From an uncultured Acidimicrobiia bacterium (GTDB lineage: Bacteria; Acidobacteriota; Terriglobia; Versatilivoradales; Versatilivoraceae), in assembly GCA_963786955.1 (NCBI GenBank), contig CAWBAT010000004.1, forward strand, positions 832,001 to 896,000: DNA of 64,000 bases, given 5' to 3'. Of this stretch, positions 10,687 through 21,379 are shown one piece after another (within the stretch, counting starts at the first letter, position 1; the number at the start of each line of letters is the position of its first letter). Position numbers and translations under genes: made by a program. The notes beneath the pieces are model-generated. The model was given only the letters and a program-made list of their open reading frames with translations, searched no databases and was not told where the DNA came from.

Positions 10687-13035
10687 TCAATTGTTCATCT
10701 TCTGCAAGGCTCCTGCCGCGGCAACAATTTGCCCAAAGGCAATCCCACCATCATTGGGAGGAACTCGCTGATGCCAGTATGGGCGAAAACCTTCCGAACG
10801 CAGCCGCTCAATCGTCCGTTCGCTCAAATACTTGTTCTGGAAGCAGCCTCCACTCAGCACGACCCGTTCCTGTGAAATGCGCCTCGCGATGGAGATAATG
10901 ATCTCAACCAAGGCATTGTGAAAGGCCGCCGACAAACTTCCGATCGACTTCCCTGTCTTCACACCTTTAAGAATAGCGAGGACAAGTGGCTCCCAGTCTA
11001 TCACAATCAACCCATTCCGGGTTACCGATGCCCGGTCCATGATTTCATGAACTGCCGGGAGTTCCGCAGTGGTCAGCCGGTAAGGGAGAGGGGACTCGTC
11101 GGCAGCCGTTTCGGCCAAGGCGAATTCCATCTCCATCGCAGCCTGGCCTTCAAAGGTGATCGACTGGCGCAAGTCCATTAATGATGCCACCGCATCGAAT
11201 AATCGTCCTACACTGGAAGTCCAGGGGGAGTGGATGCCGTCCGCGAGCATCTGACGCAAGACATTATTGCTGGCTTTTGGTAAACTGCCTGACAGGAGCC
11301 AGTTCCTGCAAGTCGGAAAGGTTTCTCTCCGTAAATCTCAAAAAGGACACCCAGGGCGGTTCGCCTGCGGCTCTTTGACGGCGCGTTCCCCACCGGGCAG
11401 ACGGAACTTTCGAAAGCTAGCAACCCGCCGAAACCCGCACTGATCTGCCAAAAGAAATTCTCCACCCCAAACAGTCCCATCCAGTCCATACCCTGTGCCG
11501 TCCCAGGAGACTCCGAGCACTGCCCCTTCCAATCCATTCTCAGCCAGGCAGGAAACCACATGAGCGTAGTGGTGTTGCACGGAAACGACTTTCTTGCCGG
11601 ATGCCATGGCAAATCGGGTAGAGACGTAATCGGGATGAGAATCTGCCACAATCACTTCGGGATCCGAGCGGTAGAGCTGCTTGAAAACTGTTGATGACGT
11701 TGTGAAAGGCATTCACGGCTTCTTTGTTCTCCAGGTCCCCAATATGCTGGCTGATGAAGACGTTCTCACGCACGGTCATGGCGACGGTGTTCTTTAAGTG
11801 CCCACCCACCGCCAGCATCTTGGGTACTGGTTTCGAGAGTCGCAAGGGCAGCGGAGCATAGCCCCGGGCACGCCGCAATATCAGCTCGCGACCCATCATC
11901 ACTCGAGCGATGGAATCGTCGACGTGGCGTACAATCGGCCGGTTATGGACCAGGAAGAAGTCAGCGATAGCTTCCAACCGTTTGAGTGCTTCCTGTTCAT
12001 CAATGCAGATCGGCTCATCCGAGAGATTGCCGCTTGTCGCCACAACCGGAACCTTAAGCTCCCGTGTTAACAGGTGATGCAACGGAGTGTAAGGGAGCAT
12101 GATTCCAAGATACGGATTGCGCGGAGCCACGGAAGGAGAAAATTCACCCGCGGATTCTGTTCCTGGATTTTATTTTGTCGAGCAGAACAATAGGGGATTC
12201 GGGTGAGAGGAGCAATCGTTCTTCCAGCGCCGAAACATGACAAAAGTTTTTTACGGCATCGAGCGATGAACACAAGAGCGCAAACGGTTTCTCTTCACGG
12301 TGCTTGCGGGCTCGCAGGCGGCTCACCGCCTCGTCGTTCGTCGCATCGACAATCAATTGAAACCCGCCAAGCCCCTTCAGGCCGAGGATTTTTCCTTTAC
12401 GAACAACCGCACAGGCATCCAGCAAAGCCTGATGATGTAACCCTAAGACCTTCCCCTTGGGGTCCCACAGCTTGAGGTGAGGACCACATTCAGGACAGGC
12501 TGTAGGCTGCGCATGGAACCGGCGGTCAAGCGGGTCCTCATATTCTTTGCGGCATTGCGGGCACATTGCGAAGGCTTTCATCGAGGTATGGATACGATCG
12601 TAAGGGAGAGCATTGATGATCGAAAAACGAGGGCCACAGTTTGTGCAGTTGGTAAAAGGGTAGAGGTAGCGGCGATCGTTGGGATCGAATACGTCACGCA
12701 AACAATCCTGGCAAGTCGCGATGTCAGGCAAAACCAGAGTCAGGTTTTCTCCCTGATGGTCGCTGTGACGAATCTCAAAAACTCCGGAAGAAAAGAGGGT
12801 CCAGGCGGGTCGATTCAAGACTCTGGATCGAAGCAGCGCGAGGTTTTTCTTGCTCCAGGCGGAGGAGGAAAGTGTCTAGGACCCCGCCTCGCCTTCAACC
12901 TCGATGAATACCCCTTGTGGAGAGTTGAGCACCCAGCCACAAAGATTCATCTCGTGTGGCGAGACGATACACAAAGGGCCGAAATCCTACCCCTTGAACG
13001 GCCCCCCGGATGACAATATGAGCCCGTTCGATCAC
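10687..13035 (-). CDS. hypF: Carbamoyltransferase HypF (several frameshifts in this sequence)
   Basis: GTG overlapping the hypB stop gives MIERAHIVIRGAVQGVGFRPFVY; later fragments carry CQDC/CTNCGPR, LKGLGG, SQHIGDL, QHHYAH, PPNDGGIAFGQ in shifting frames. Confidence 0.92.
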
Positions 13036-13685
13036 GACGATGCGGATTGTTCCTTGAGCCAATGGCACCATTCAAGAATACCCGCACCGGTTGTGCAGGA
13101 AGTCTCGAATACTCTCAAGGAAGGATTAATATTGAGGGCATTCTGCTTCAAGGCTTCCAGGTTGCAGTTCACATAGGGAAGTAGATCGATTTTATTGATG
13201 ATCAAAATGGAAGCATGGCGAAACATTCCCGGATATTTAAGGGGTTTGTCATCCCCCTCCGTCGTACTGACCACAACTACTTTGAGCGCTTCGCCCAGAT
13301 CATAGTTCGCTGGACAAACCAGATTCCCGACATTTTCAATGACCAGGAGATCCAGTTGATGCAGGTCCATCTGGGCCATGGCGTCCTGGACCAACCGCGC
13401 TTCCAAGTGGCACCCCCCGTTCGTCACGATCTGGATCACGGGCACCTGGTAACGGGCCACACGTTGAGCATCAAAATCCGTTTGCACATCCCCTTCGATG
13501 ACGCCGATTCGGAGACGACCCCGCAGAATACCCAGGGTTTGCTCCAGTATGCTTGTTTTTCCAGAGCCCGGTGAACTGACCAAGTTGATCGAAAACACGC
13601 TATGCTGTTTCAATGCCGAGCGATTCAGTTGCGCGATCTCGTCATTTTTCTCCAGGACTTTTCGTTCGATGGTGATGATGTTCAT
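13032..13685 (-). CDS. hypB: Hydrogenase nickel incorporation GTPase HypB
   Basis: SSPGSGKT, GGCHLEA, ENVGNLVCP, EGDDKPLKYP, NKID. Confidence 0.97.
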   Translation of the reverse strand: MNIITIERKVLEKNDEIAQLNRSALKQHSVFSINLVSSPGSGKTSILEQTLGILRGRLRIGVIEGDVQTDFDAQRVARYQVPVIQIVTNGGCHLEARLVQDAMAQMDLHQLDLLVIENVGNLVCPANYDLGEALKVVVVSTTEGDDKPLKYPGMFRHASILIINKIDLLPYVNCNLEALKQNALNINPSLRVFETSCTTGAGILEWCHWLKEQSASS

Positions 13686-14045
13686 TGAGTCTCCGACCCA
13701 TTCTCAGCCATTTCGATCTCAACTACCTGGAGTTCCGTGCCAGAGATGAGCTTAATATCGTGGCTCCCGCACTCCGGGCAGAGGAAAAGGGGACCTTTAA
13801 TCTTGGAGGTTTCCCCACAATCCGCACAATGCAACTGCGTCTCAACTCGTTCGATATTGAGTCTTAGCTTGTCTCAGAGACGTATCGCTGGTGATGGCGG
13901 AAAAACAAAAATCGAGCGACTCCGGCACAACTCCCGACAACCCGCCTAATCGAACCTTTATGGACTGAACTTCGGCGGAGCAGGTCTCCGGAATAGATTC
14001 ACGGACAATATCCAGAATGCTTTGAGCAATGGATAACTCGTGCAT
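13682..14045 (-). CDS. hypA: Hydrogenase nickel metallochaperone HypA (frameshift near 13862)
   Basis: MHELSIA start; second frame gives CADC...CPECGS...GTELQV with stop overlapping the hypB ATG. Confidence 0.92.
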
Positions 14046-14068
14046 GATCAGGCGGCCATTCCGTTCAT

Positions 14069-14557
14069 CTATACAATAACACGGGACGTGGTAACACCGG
14101 CTATCGAATTCAATAAGGAATGGACCAACTGAGTGATTCGAGGGAGAGATTCCGCCACCGCCGGGGAAAGTTCTGTGCGCAGAGATTGTATCTCGGCAAT
14201 CGAAATCGTGACGAGATAGATTTTAGGGAGTGGACCCAGCAGCACCGCTGATTCGATAAGATCTCTCAATCCAATATCATGAGCGCTGAGCGCGCGGGGA
14301 AAGTCCGAGGCAAAGCGCGGTTCAATGATACGCAGGGATCCGGCCGGCTGGCCGTCCATCGTCGCATCGATCATGACGATCGTTTCATAGTCGGAAAAGT
14401 AAGAGAGAAGATGGAAGCCACCCGTACCGCCATCAACCAAAGTAACAAAGGGCGGGAGTTTTTCGCGCTCAAGTTCATGAATCGCGTGAACTCCCACCCC
14501 TTCATCTCCCAACAAGTAATTTCCGATGCCTAAGACAAGAATTTCAGGTTTAGCCAT
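14069..14557 (-). CDS. Hydrogenase maturation endopeptidase (HyaD/HybD family)
   Basis: LGIGNYLLGDEGVG, DGGT, SAHDIGL. Confidence 0.92.
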   Translation of the reverse strand: MAKPEILVLGIGNYLLGDEGVGVHAIHELEREKLPPFVTLVDGGTGGFHLLSYFSDYETIVMIDATMDGQPAGSLRIIEPRFASDFPRALSAHDIGLRDLIESAVLLGPLPKIYLVTISIAEIQSLRTELSPAVAESLPRITQLVHSLLNSIAGVTTSRVIV

Positions 14558-14641
14558 GATCGAAGAAAGTCACGTTTGCGGTTTTCAAGCAGCCGCGACC
14601 ATCGCAAAAAGCATGGCGGTCTTGGCTGCCACTAGGAATCA

Positions 14642-15320
14642 TCAACTGTTTCGCTTTTCGATAAACTTCCAGCCTCCGGCCATGGAAGAAAACACTCCTC
14701 GTCCTTCTACATAATCGTGGTAGAAGACCAGGTAAACATGCACTATGGAAAATATAATAAAAAACCACATCATCATGTGGTGCCACTGGCGCACAGCGAA
14801 ATCGCCTCCCATCAACGGGACGATCCAGGCAAACAAATGCGGCAGCCAGGCCTTACTCATGGCGGAGTACATCGCCGAATCCCGTCAGACTTTGAAACAC
14901 AAACGCCAGAAAAGTCAGAAAGTAGGTGAGCCCTGCCAAGCGTGTTGTGCCCGATGGAGTCAATGGGTTTGGCACTGGATTGGAGGATGTCCACTTTAAG
15001 GACTTCCACCAATTCCTTCCACTGGCTCCGCTTTCAAGGGGATGAAGAAATGCCAGCGGGCATAGCGTGTTTCCGACAAATCCCCAATAGATCCGGAAGA
15101 GAAAGTTAAAGAAAAAGATGAACGCGGCCACAAAATGGAGAAACCGGACCGTCCCGAACCAATAGCCGAAGGCCGCTTCTCCGCCAACCTGGAGGGATAG
15201 GGGACGGCCAATGACGAAGCCGGTCGCGATCAAGACGCCCACGCAAAGGGAATTGATCCAGTGGTAGAAGCGGACGGGCAGTTCCCAGACATAAACTCTC
15301 TGCATTGTCGTCGTTCCCAT
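14642..15320 (-). CDS. hyaC: Ni/Fe-hydrogenase b-type cytochrome subunit (frameshifted)
   Basis: VWELPVRFYHW, RFLHF, RIYW, RQWHH, VHVY spread over shifted frames. Confidence 0.9.
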
Positions 15321-15329
15321 AAACCCCTC

Positions 15330-17048
15330 CTAAAACGTGTTGAGGTGATGGACTGTGCTGCCTTTTTCGTCGTACAGGTGCACGGCACAAGCCAGGCAGG
15401 GATCGAAGGAATGAATCGTTCTGAGCACCTCCAGGGGTTGCTCGGGATTATGAACCGGAGTCCCGATCAGCGAGGCTTCGTAGGCTGACATTTGCCCGAG
15501 GTGGTCCCGGGGAGAAGCATTCCACGTGCTCGGAACGACCAGCTGGTAGTTGGCAATCTTCTTGTCTTTAATCACGATCCAATGAGCCAGTGCGCCTCGG
15601 GGAGCCTCAGAAAGCCCAACCCCTTCGGCCACCGCCGGCCAGGTGTCTGGTTCCCACTTGGCATCGTTAAAGGTCCGCGTATCGCCATTCTTGATATTGC
15701 TGATGAGCTGGTCGAAGAACTCATTGGACCAATGTGCGATCAGCCGGGTTTCCAACCCGCGCGCGGCGGTTCTGCCAAGCGTCGAGAAAAGAGCCTCGAC
15801 AGGAACGTTTAGCTTCTTCAGGGCTTCATTCACCACTTCCTTGACATCTTCCCGACCAGATGCATAAGCAACGAGCAACCGGGCCAGGGGACCGACTTCC
15901 ATGGCATGTTCATTCCAACGCGGGGTTTTCAACCAACTGTATTTTTGTTGAACATTCAGCTGCTCGTAAGGAGGTTTAGGGCCTGTGTATTTTAGTTTGG
16001 TTTCGCCTTCCCATGGATGTCTGGCGATTGTGTTTTCCCCGGAATACTCATACCATGAGTGGGAGATGTATTCTTGAATCTCCTTGCGGTTCTTGCCATC
16101 CACGGGCAAGACTTCTTTCAGATTCCGATCGAGGATGACTCCACGCGGAAACTTAAACTTGGCAGGTTCAGAGTAGCCATTAGTGGGCAGATCGCCATAC
16201 GCCAGGTAGTTCTTAAGACCTCCACCAATCGCCCCCCAATCTTTATAGAAGGAGGCTACCGCCATCAGATCCGGCAGATAGACCTGTTCGACGAACTCTT
16301 TGGCTTGATCCAGCAATTGTTTCACATGAGCCAATCGTTCAGCATTGATGGCATTCGACTCGTCCAGATTAATCGAGCAAGGTGCCCCTCCAACCAGATA
16401 ATTGGGGTGCGGGTTCTTTCCCCCGAAAATGGTATGAATCTTCACAATTTCTTTTTGCCACTCAAGAGCCTCCAGATAATGGGCCGTTCCGATGAGATTC
16501 ACTTCAGGCGGTAACTTATATGCCGGATGCCCCCAGTAGGCATTGGCGAAGATGCCCAACTGGCCGCTACTCACAAAAGCGGTCAGCCTCTTTTGGATAT
16601 CTGAGAAATACATTGGAGAACTCTTGGGCCAATTGGAAAGGCTCTGGGCAAGCTCCGACGTTTTCTTAGGGTCTGCTTTCAGCGCGCTCACCACGTCGAC
16701 CCAGTCCAACGCGTGAAGGTGGTAGAAATGGACGACATGGTCTTGCATATATTGCGTGCAGAACATCAAATTGCGGATCAGTTCGGCATTGGGTGGCACT
16801 GTAATCCCTAATGCGTCTTCCACCGTGCGCACCGACGCCAAGGCATGGACTGTAGTGCAAACCCCGCAGGCGCGCTCCGTGAAAGCCCAGGCGTCCCGTG
16901 GATCCCTGCCTTTGAGGATGATTTCAAAGCCACGGACCATGGTTCCTGAACTGTAAGCGTCAACGACTTTTCCATCCTTGACTTCCACTTCGATGCGAAG
17001 ATGCCCCTCAATTCGGGTAATCGGGTCAATCACGATTCGGTTAGCCAT
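15330..17048 (-). CDS. hyaB: Group 1 [NiFe] uptake hydrogenase large subunit
   Basis: DPITRIEGH, L1 ERACGVC, KNPHPN, L2 SFDPCLACAVH plus cleavable tail. Confidence 0.97.
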   Translation of the reverse strand: MANRIVIDPITRIEGHLRIEVEVKDGKVVDAYSSGTMVRGFEIILKGRDPRDAWAFTERACGVCTTVHALASVRTVEDALGITVPPNAELIRNLMFCTQYMQDHVVHFYHLHALDWVDVVSALKADPKKTSELAQSLSNWPKSSPMYFSDIQKRLTAFVSSGQLGIFANAYWGHPAYKLPPEVNLIGTAHYLEALEWQKEIVKIHTIFGGKNPHPNYLVGGAPCSINLDESNAINAERLAHVKQLLDQAKEFVEQVYLPDLMAVASFYKDWGAIGGGLKNYLAYGDLPTNGYSEPAKFKFPRGVILDRNLKEVLPVDGKNRKEIQEYISHSWYEYSGENTIARHPWEGETKLKYTGPKPPYEQLNVQQKYSWLKTPRWNEHAMEVGPLARLLVAYASGREDVKEVVNEALKKLNVPVEALFSTLGRTAARGLETRLIAHWSNEFFDQLISNIKNGDTRTFNDAKWEPDTWPAVAEGVGLSEAPRGALAHWIVIKDKKIANYQLVVPSTWNASPRDHLGQMSAYEASLIGTPVHNPEQPLEVLRTIHSFDPCLACAVHLYDEKGSTVHHLNTF

Positions 17049-18170
17049 TATTCATCTCCTTTCTTCGTATCCGAAGTGTTTCGGCTGCTCTCGATTTCCT
17101 CAAGGATGAGTTTGCGTTTTCGGATATTGGTCGAGATGGCGTGACCGGCAATACCGATCAATGTCCCAGCTCCCACAACGAGGCCGACTTTATCCGCTGT
17201 CGTCTCAATCCCGAACCCCGGGAAAGAAGCCAGGTGCTGATAGAACGGGCCGTTGTCCCAGAAATTGGCCTCGCTGCAGCCGATGCAGCCATGGCCGGAT
17301 TGGATTGGGAAACTGACGCCGTTGTTCCAACGCATCACGCCGCAGGCGTTGTAGGTGACCGGTCCGCGGCATCCCATTTTGTAGAGACAATAACCCGCGC
17401 TTGGCATTCTCATCATCAAAGGCCTGGACGAATAAGCCCGCATCATAGTTGGGCCTTCGGTAGCAGGTATCGTGAACACGCCGGGAATAGAAAGCCTTCG
17501 GCCGTCCAAGTCCGTCCAGTTGGGGGATACGCTCAAACGCAAGCAAATGAACGATCGTTCCCGCCATGACCTCGGCAATCGGTGGACACCCAGGAACGTT
17601 GATGATCGGCTTGCCGGAGACGAGTTTGTGAATCGGCGTTGCTCCCGTCGGATTGGGTTTGGCCGCCTGAATACAGCCATTCGAAGCACAGCTTCCCCAA
17701 GCCACAATCGCCTTGGCGTCGCTGGCAGCTTCTTTAAGAATATCGAGCGCCGTTTTGCCGGCAATACAGCAGTAAACGCCGTCTTCCTCGGTTGGCACCG
17801 AACCTTCAACCAGCATCAAGTATTGGCCCTTGAATTGAGTCATGGTCTTATGCAGAGCCTCTTCGGCCTGTTTGCCGGCCGCTGCCTGCAAGGTCTCGGT
17901 GTAATCGAGGGAGACTTTGTCCAGAATGATATCCGCGACGATAGGATGAGAAGAGCGAATGAAGGACTCACTACAACATGTACACTCCTGAAAATGGAAC
18001 CAGACAACAGGAAGGCGCGGCTTCTTATCGAGGGCTTCCACGACCTTTGGGAGCATGGTGGATTCGATGCCAGCAGCAGCAGCGATCCAGCCGCAAAACT
18101 GCAGGAAATCGCGTCGTGAGTAGCCTAGCATTTGAGCCTGTTCCCAGATAGTAAGGGGTTTATCGCTCAT
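17048..18170 (-). CDS. hyaA: Group 1 [NiFe] hydrogenase small subunit, Tat-exported with C-terminal anchor (frameshift near 17400)
   Basis: [50 protein letters not shown] tail. Confidence 0.95.
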
Positions 18171-18214
18171 CGAGACCTCCTTCAATATTTGATGTGGAGA
18201 CACTCATTCCCGGT

Positions 18215-18514
18215 CTAGTTGATTTGCTTTACAAAATCAGGGTCGAGTTCGTCATTGAGATCTTGAGATCTGATCCGGTCGATCGTGATCTTGGCTTCAA
18301 TGATGACCCGATCTCCGAGATGAGCGTCCTGAAGATTCTCAGCAGTGATATCCAGCAAGTTCGAATGCTTTAGGGCGATCTTGGTCAGACAATGCCCCCC
18401 CTTTTCGAAGATCTCAACGACTTCCCCCGGAAGTGAAAGAAGATGGGTCTGACCTGGCTCGATCACCATGGCAGCAATGAATTGTTGTCGTGAATTGATT
18501 GGATCCCATTCCAA
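18215..18514 (-). CDS. Small HypC/HupF-like protein lacking the N-terminal Cys (start uncertain: 18514 or 18469)
   Basis: LSLPGEVVEI...AHLGDRVII...IDRI resembles the HypC pattern; first ORF after the sigma54 promoter. Confidence 0.5.
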   Translation of the reverse strand: MEWDPINSRQQFIAAMVIEPGQTHLLSLPGEVVEIFEKGGHCLTKIALKHSNLLDITAENLQDAHLGDRVIIEAKITIDRIRSQDLNDELDPDFVKQIN

Positions 18515-18531
18515 CTGGCTGAAGCTACTTA

Positions 18532-18547
18532 AGCAAATCGATTGCCA
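18532..18547 (-). promoter_or_regulatory. sigma54 promoter of the uptake hydrogenase operon
   Basis: Minus strand TGGCAATCGATTTGCT, near-consensus GG-N10-GC. Confidence 0.8.
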
Positions 18548-18598
18548 CTAAAATGGACTGGAAAAGTGAATAGAATATAAGGTTTGAGATCCGGCAGG

Positions 18599-18636
18599 TA
18601 ACGGGAATCCGTTAGGATGTTTGCGGAATTCCGTTA
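18599..18636. promoter_or_regulatory. Tandem palindromic enhancer (UAS) sites for a sigma54 activator
   Basis: TAACGG-GAAT-CCGTTA (18599-18614) and TTGCGG-AATT-CCGTTA (18621-18636), 22 bp apart, about -80 to -115. Confidence 0.65.
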
Positions 18637-18997
18637 GTCATAACGCCCCTTGTGACGGGGGAGAGAAAGAGGAAATCCTGCTTTAGCTAGCAGTACGGAA
18701 GCTGTTTCAACGAAACGAGGTGGAGCGGGCGCTCCGGCCTGCACAAATGTTGTAGCGGCGGTCTGTGACCGTCGTGTTCTTTTCATTTCAATGGATTCGT
18801 CGGCCTTCCTTTGGCACAGGCCATCGTCCCCCCTTGCACAAGGGGGGGAGCTGTGAGCGGGAGTCTGTGCCCGCGGAAAAGCCCACGATGAATGCAGAAA
18901 ACGCTTTCATCGTGGCTTCCAAAGCTTTGCGATTCCCATGGTAAGGTGGAGCGGGGGACAGCTGGCCCACGTGCTCGTTCTACCCAAACAATCAGCA

Positions 18998-19982
18998 CTA
19001 ACAAGGATCCGTGTGGTTTTCCAACCCATACTTTTTCAATTTGTCGCGGAGGGTGGAGAGGCTGAGGCCGAGAACTTTGGCGGCCTGGCTGCGGTTACCG
19101 CCCGTTTCCTGGAGGGCCTGCTTCAGCAAGTTGACTTCGAGGCAGGTGATGACGTCATTGAATTGAAGCGATTCTTCCATGAAACATTTCGTGCAAGCCT
19201 TGACCAGAAGCTCGACAGGATGGCCGTCGTGAAGCTCGGGAGGGAGATCCTGCAGGTTAATCTCGCTGAGTCGCAAACAGTGCCAGCCGTTGCATAATGT
19301 TTCTGAGTTCGCGGACATTCCCCGGCCAATCATAATGGGCCAATGCCTCTTGGGCCTCCGGCGACACAGAGAGGGCTTTGCCAGGCGCGAACCGTTTCAA
19401 AAAATGTTGTAACAATAAGGGGAGGTCTTCGCGCCGCTCACGCAACGGAGGAATTTGAACCGGGAAAACATTGATCCGGTAATAGAGATCCGCCCGAAAG
19501 GAACCGTGCTCCACCATTTCTTTCAAGCTTACTTTGGAGGCTGCAATCAAACGAACATCAATCGGGATGGTCGCAGATCCTCCAACCCGAAGGACTTCCT
19601 GCGATTCCAAAACGCGGAGCAATTTGGATTGCGTGGGCATAGGAACATCGTCGATGTCGTCAAGGAACAGGCTTCCCGTATGGGCAAGCTCAAACAACCC
19701 CTTCTTTTCGCTCACGGCACTGGTGAAGGATCCTCTTTCGTGACCGAAGAGCTCACTTTCGAGCAGATCATGAGGCATCGCCGAAAGGGCAATTTTGACA
19801 AATGGGCGATCACTCCTCGGGCTTGCCCTGTGGATGTAATCGGCAAAGAGCTCTTTTCCGACGCCTGTTTCGCCTATCAACAATATCGTGCTGTCGGATG
19901 CGGCAATGGCTTCGACGCGGGATAAGATCAAACGCATCTTCTCGCTTTGGGTGACGATGGCAAGAGATGGAAGGGGCTTCAT
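18998..19982 (-). CDS. sigma54-dependent AAA+ activator with Fis-type HTH and no N-terminal sensor domain (frameshift near 19270)
   Basis: GETGVGKE, ESELFGHERGSFTSA, FLDDI, FRADLYYR, WPGNVREL; HTH GGNRSQAAKVLGL in a second frame. Confidence 0.9.
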
Positions 19983-20039
19983 GACCGGACCTTCTTTAGG
20001 GAACCTTAGGCACCCAAGATCCATAGGAGACGATGTCTC

Positions 20040-20068
20040 ACACTACATGACTGGCAGGAGGAAGTCAA
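20040..20068 (-). promoter_or_regulatory. Putative sigma70 promoter of the activator gene
   Basis: TTGACT-17 nt-TAGTGT on the minus strand. Confidence 0.45.
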
Positions 20069-20167
20069 TCGATCGACTAAGCAAGCGGAAGGGAAACAAA
20101 GGACCTCGTGATTGCCGTAGGCCGGGTCCGTCGGCCCCGCGGAATGGTATCTCAACTGCTTCCCGAA

Positions 20168-20767
20168 TTACACAACAGGTCTCTCTTCACCCTCACTTCG
20201 AACCATGGCTTCCAAAACCATCCTCGGACAGATGGCTCCGTGGATGTAATCCACCAAGCTCGTCGCGACGGCACGGATGCGCTTCTCCACAGAACTGTCC
20301 AGGCACCGCCCTTCTTTGTCGAAAAGTTGCTGTACATTGGCGACGGACACAAGGCTCGGAAGGACGATGGCACCGACATGGGAACACACGCTGCGGAGGT
20401 GTTCCAAAGATTTGATGGCTCCAATCTGTCCGGCTGCCACACCAAGCAAGGAAATAGGCTTGCCTGCCAGCACACTCGGGAAACCCAAGTTTTCAATCGC
20501 CAGCTTGATCACGCTGCTGAAGCTTCCGTGATACTCGGGAGTGGCCAGGACAACCCCTGTAGCGCCCTTGACGGACTCCCGGAAACGCTCGCTGGAATTA
20601 TCCCGCGACGGGGTGCCGGGAAAAGGAAGGTCGTACTCTGCGAGATCGATGGCCTCCACATCCACATCTTTCTGCTTCGCGAACTCACTCAACACTACCG
20701 CCAGCGCCATGGAAGTGTAATTCTTCGGCCTCACGCTCCCGCAAATCGTCACAATTTTAATTGGCAT
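20168..20767 (-). CDS. NAD(P)H-dependent FMN reductase (SsuE/ChrR family)
   Basis: ICGSVRPKNYT, LATPEYHGSFS, GKP motifs. Confidence 0.88.
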   Translation of the reverse strand: MPIKIVTICGSVRPKNYTSMALAVVLSEFAKQKDVDVEAIDLAEYDLPFPGTPSRDNSSERFRESVKGATGVVLATPEYHGSFSSVIKLAIENLGFPSVLAGKPISLLGVAAGQIGAIKSLEHLRSVCSHVGAIVLPSLVSVANVQQLFDKEGRCLDSSVEKRIRAVATSLVDYIHGAICPRMVLEAMVRSEGEERPVV

Positions 20768-20895
20768 AACCCTTCCTTTCACTCTCGGAGAAATGGCGTG
20801 TTTCTGCGTGCGTTCAAATCCGTCACACCTCCATCATGCTCGCATAGAACAGTCACTGTCAAAGGAGTTTCCTCGCTCAGCAGTTTCCCCTGGTT

Positions 20896-21279
20896 TCATC
20901 TCATACCGATCAGCCAGTTCGTGATGAACGCCGAAAGTGGCAGATAGATAGTCTCTGAAATGATGCCTGCCATGGCCTCTTTCCAAGAGTAGCCGGGGCC
21001 AATCGCATTCCCAAACTCTCCAACGACGAACATGACCCACCAGGCAAAGGCATAGAGGAGCCAGTGGCTGCTAAATGAATTCCGGGCAACATAGAAAATA
21101 AGCACAAAGGCAAACGCCGTCCCTGTTTTGGAGACAAATATACTCAAGAGAAATCGAGCAGGGGAGACATTTGAGGGCGGCTTCAGGTCAGTAAGAACCG
21201 TGAACAGACTGTATACCAGAAAAGGGACGATATAGATGATGGCTAATACAGTGAGCATACTCAGGATAATACGTAGCAT
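20896..21279 (-). CDS. Small integral membrane protein (about 4 TM)
   Basis: Hydrophobic ORF from ATG 21279 with AAGG RBS. Confidence 0.6.
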   Translation of the reverse strand: MLRIILSMLTVLAIIYIVPFLVYSLFTVLTDLKPPSNVSPARFLLSIFVSKTGTAFAFVLIFYVARNSFSSHWLLYAFAWWVMFVVGEFGNAIGPGYSWKEAMAGIISETIYLPLSAFITNWLIGMR

Positions 21280-21379
21280 GGGCACCTTACTTTCTGAGAG
21301 CCAAACGCGGAACGATCCTCTTTTCAAAACTCCACCCGAAGGATCTCCATGCAAACAGCAGAGAAGACCTTCGAACAGG

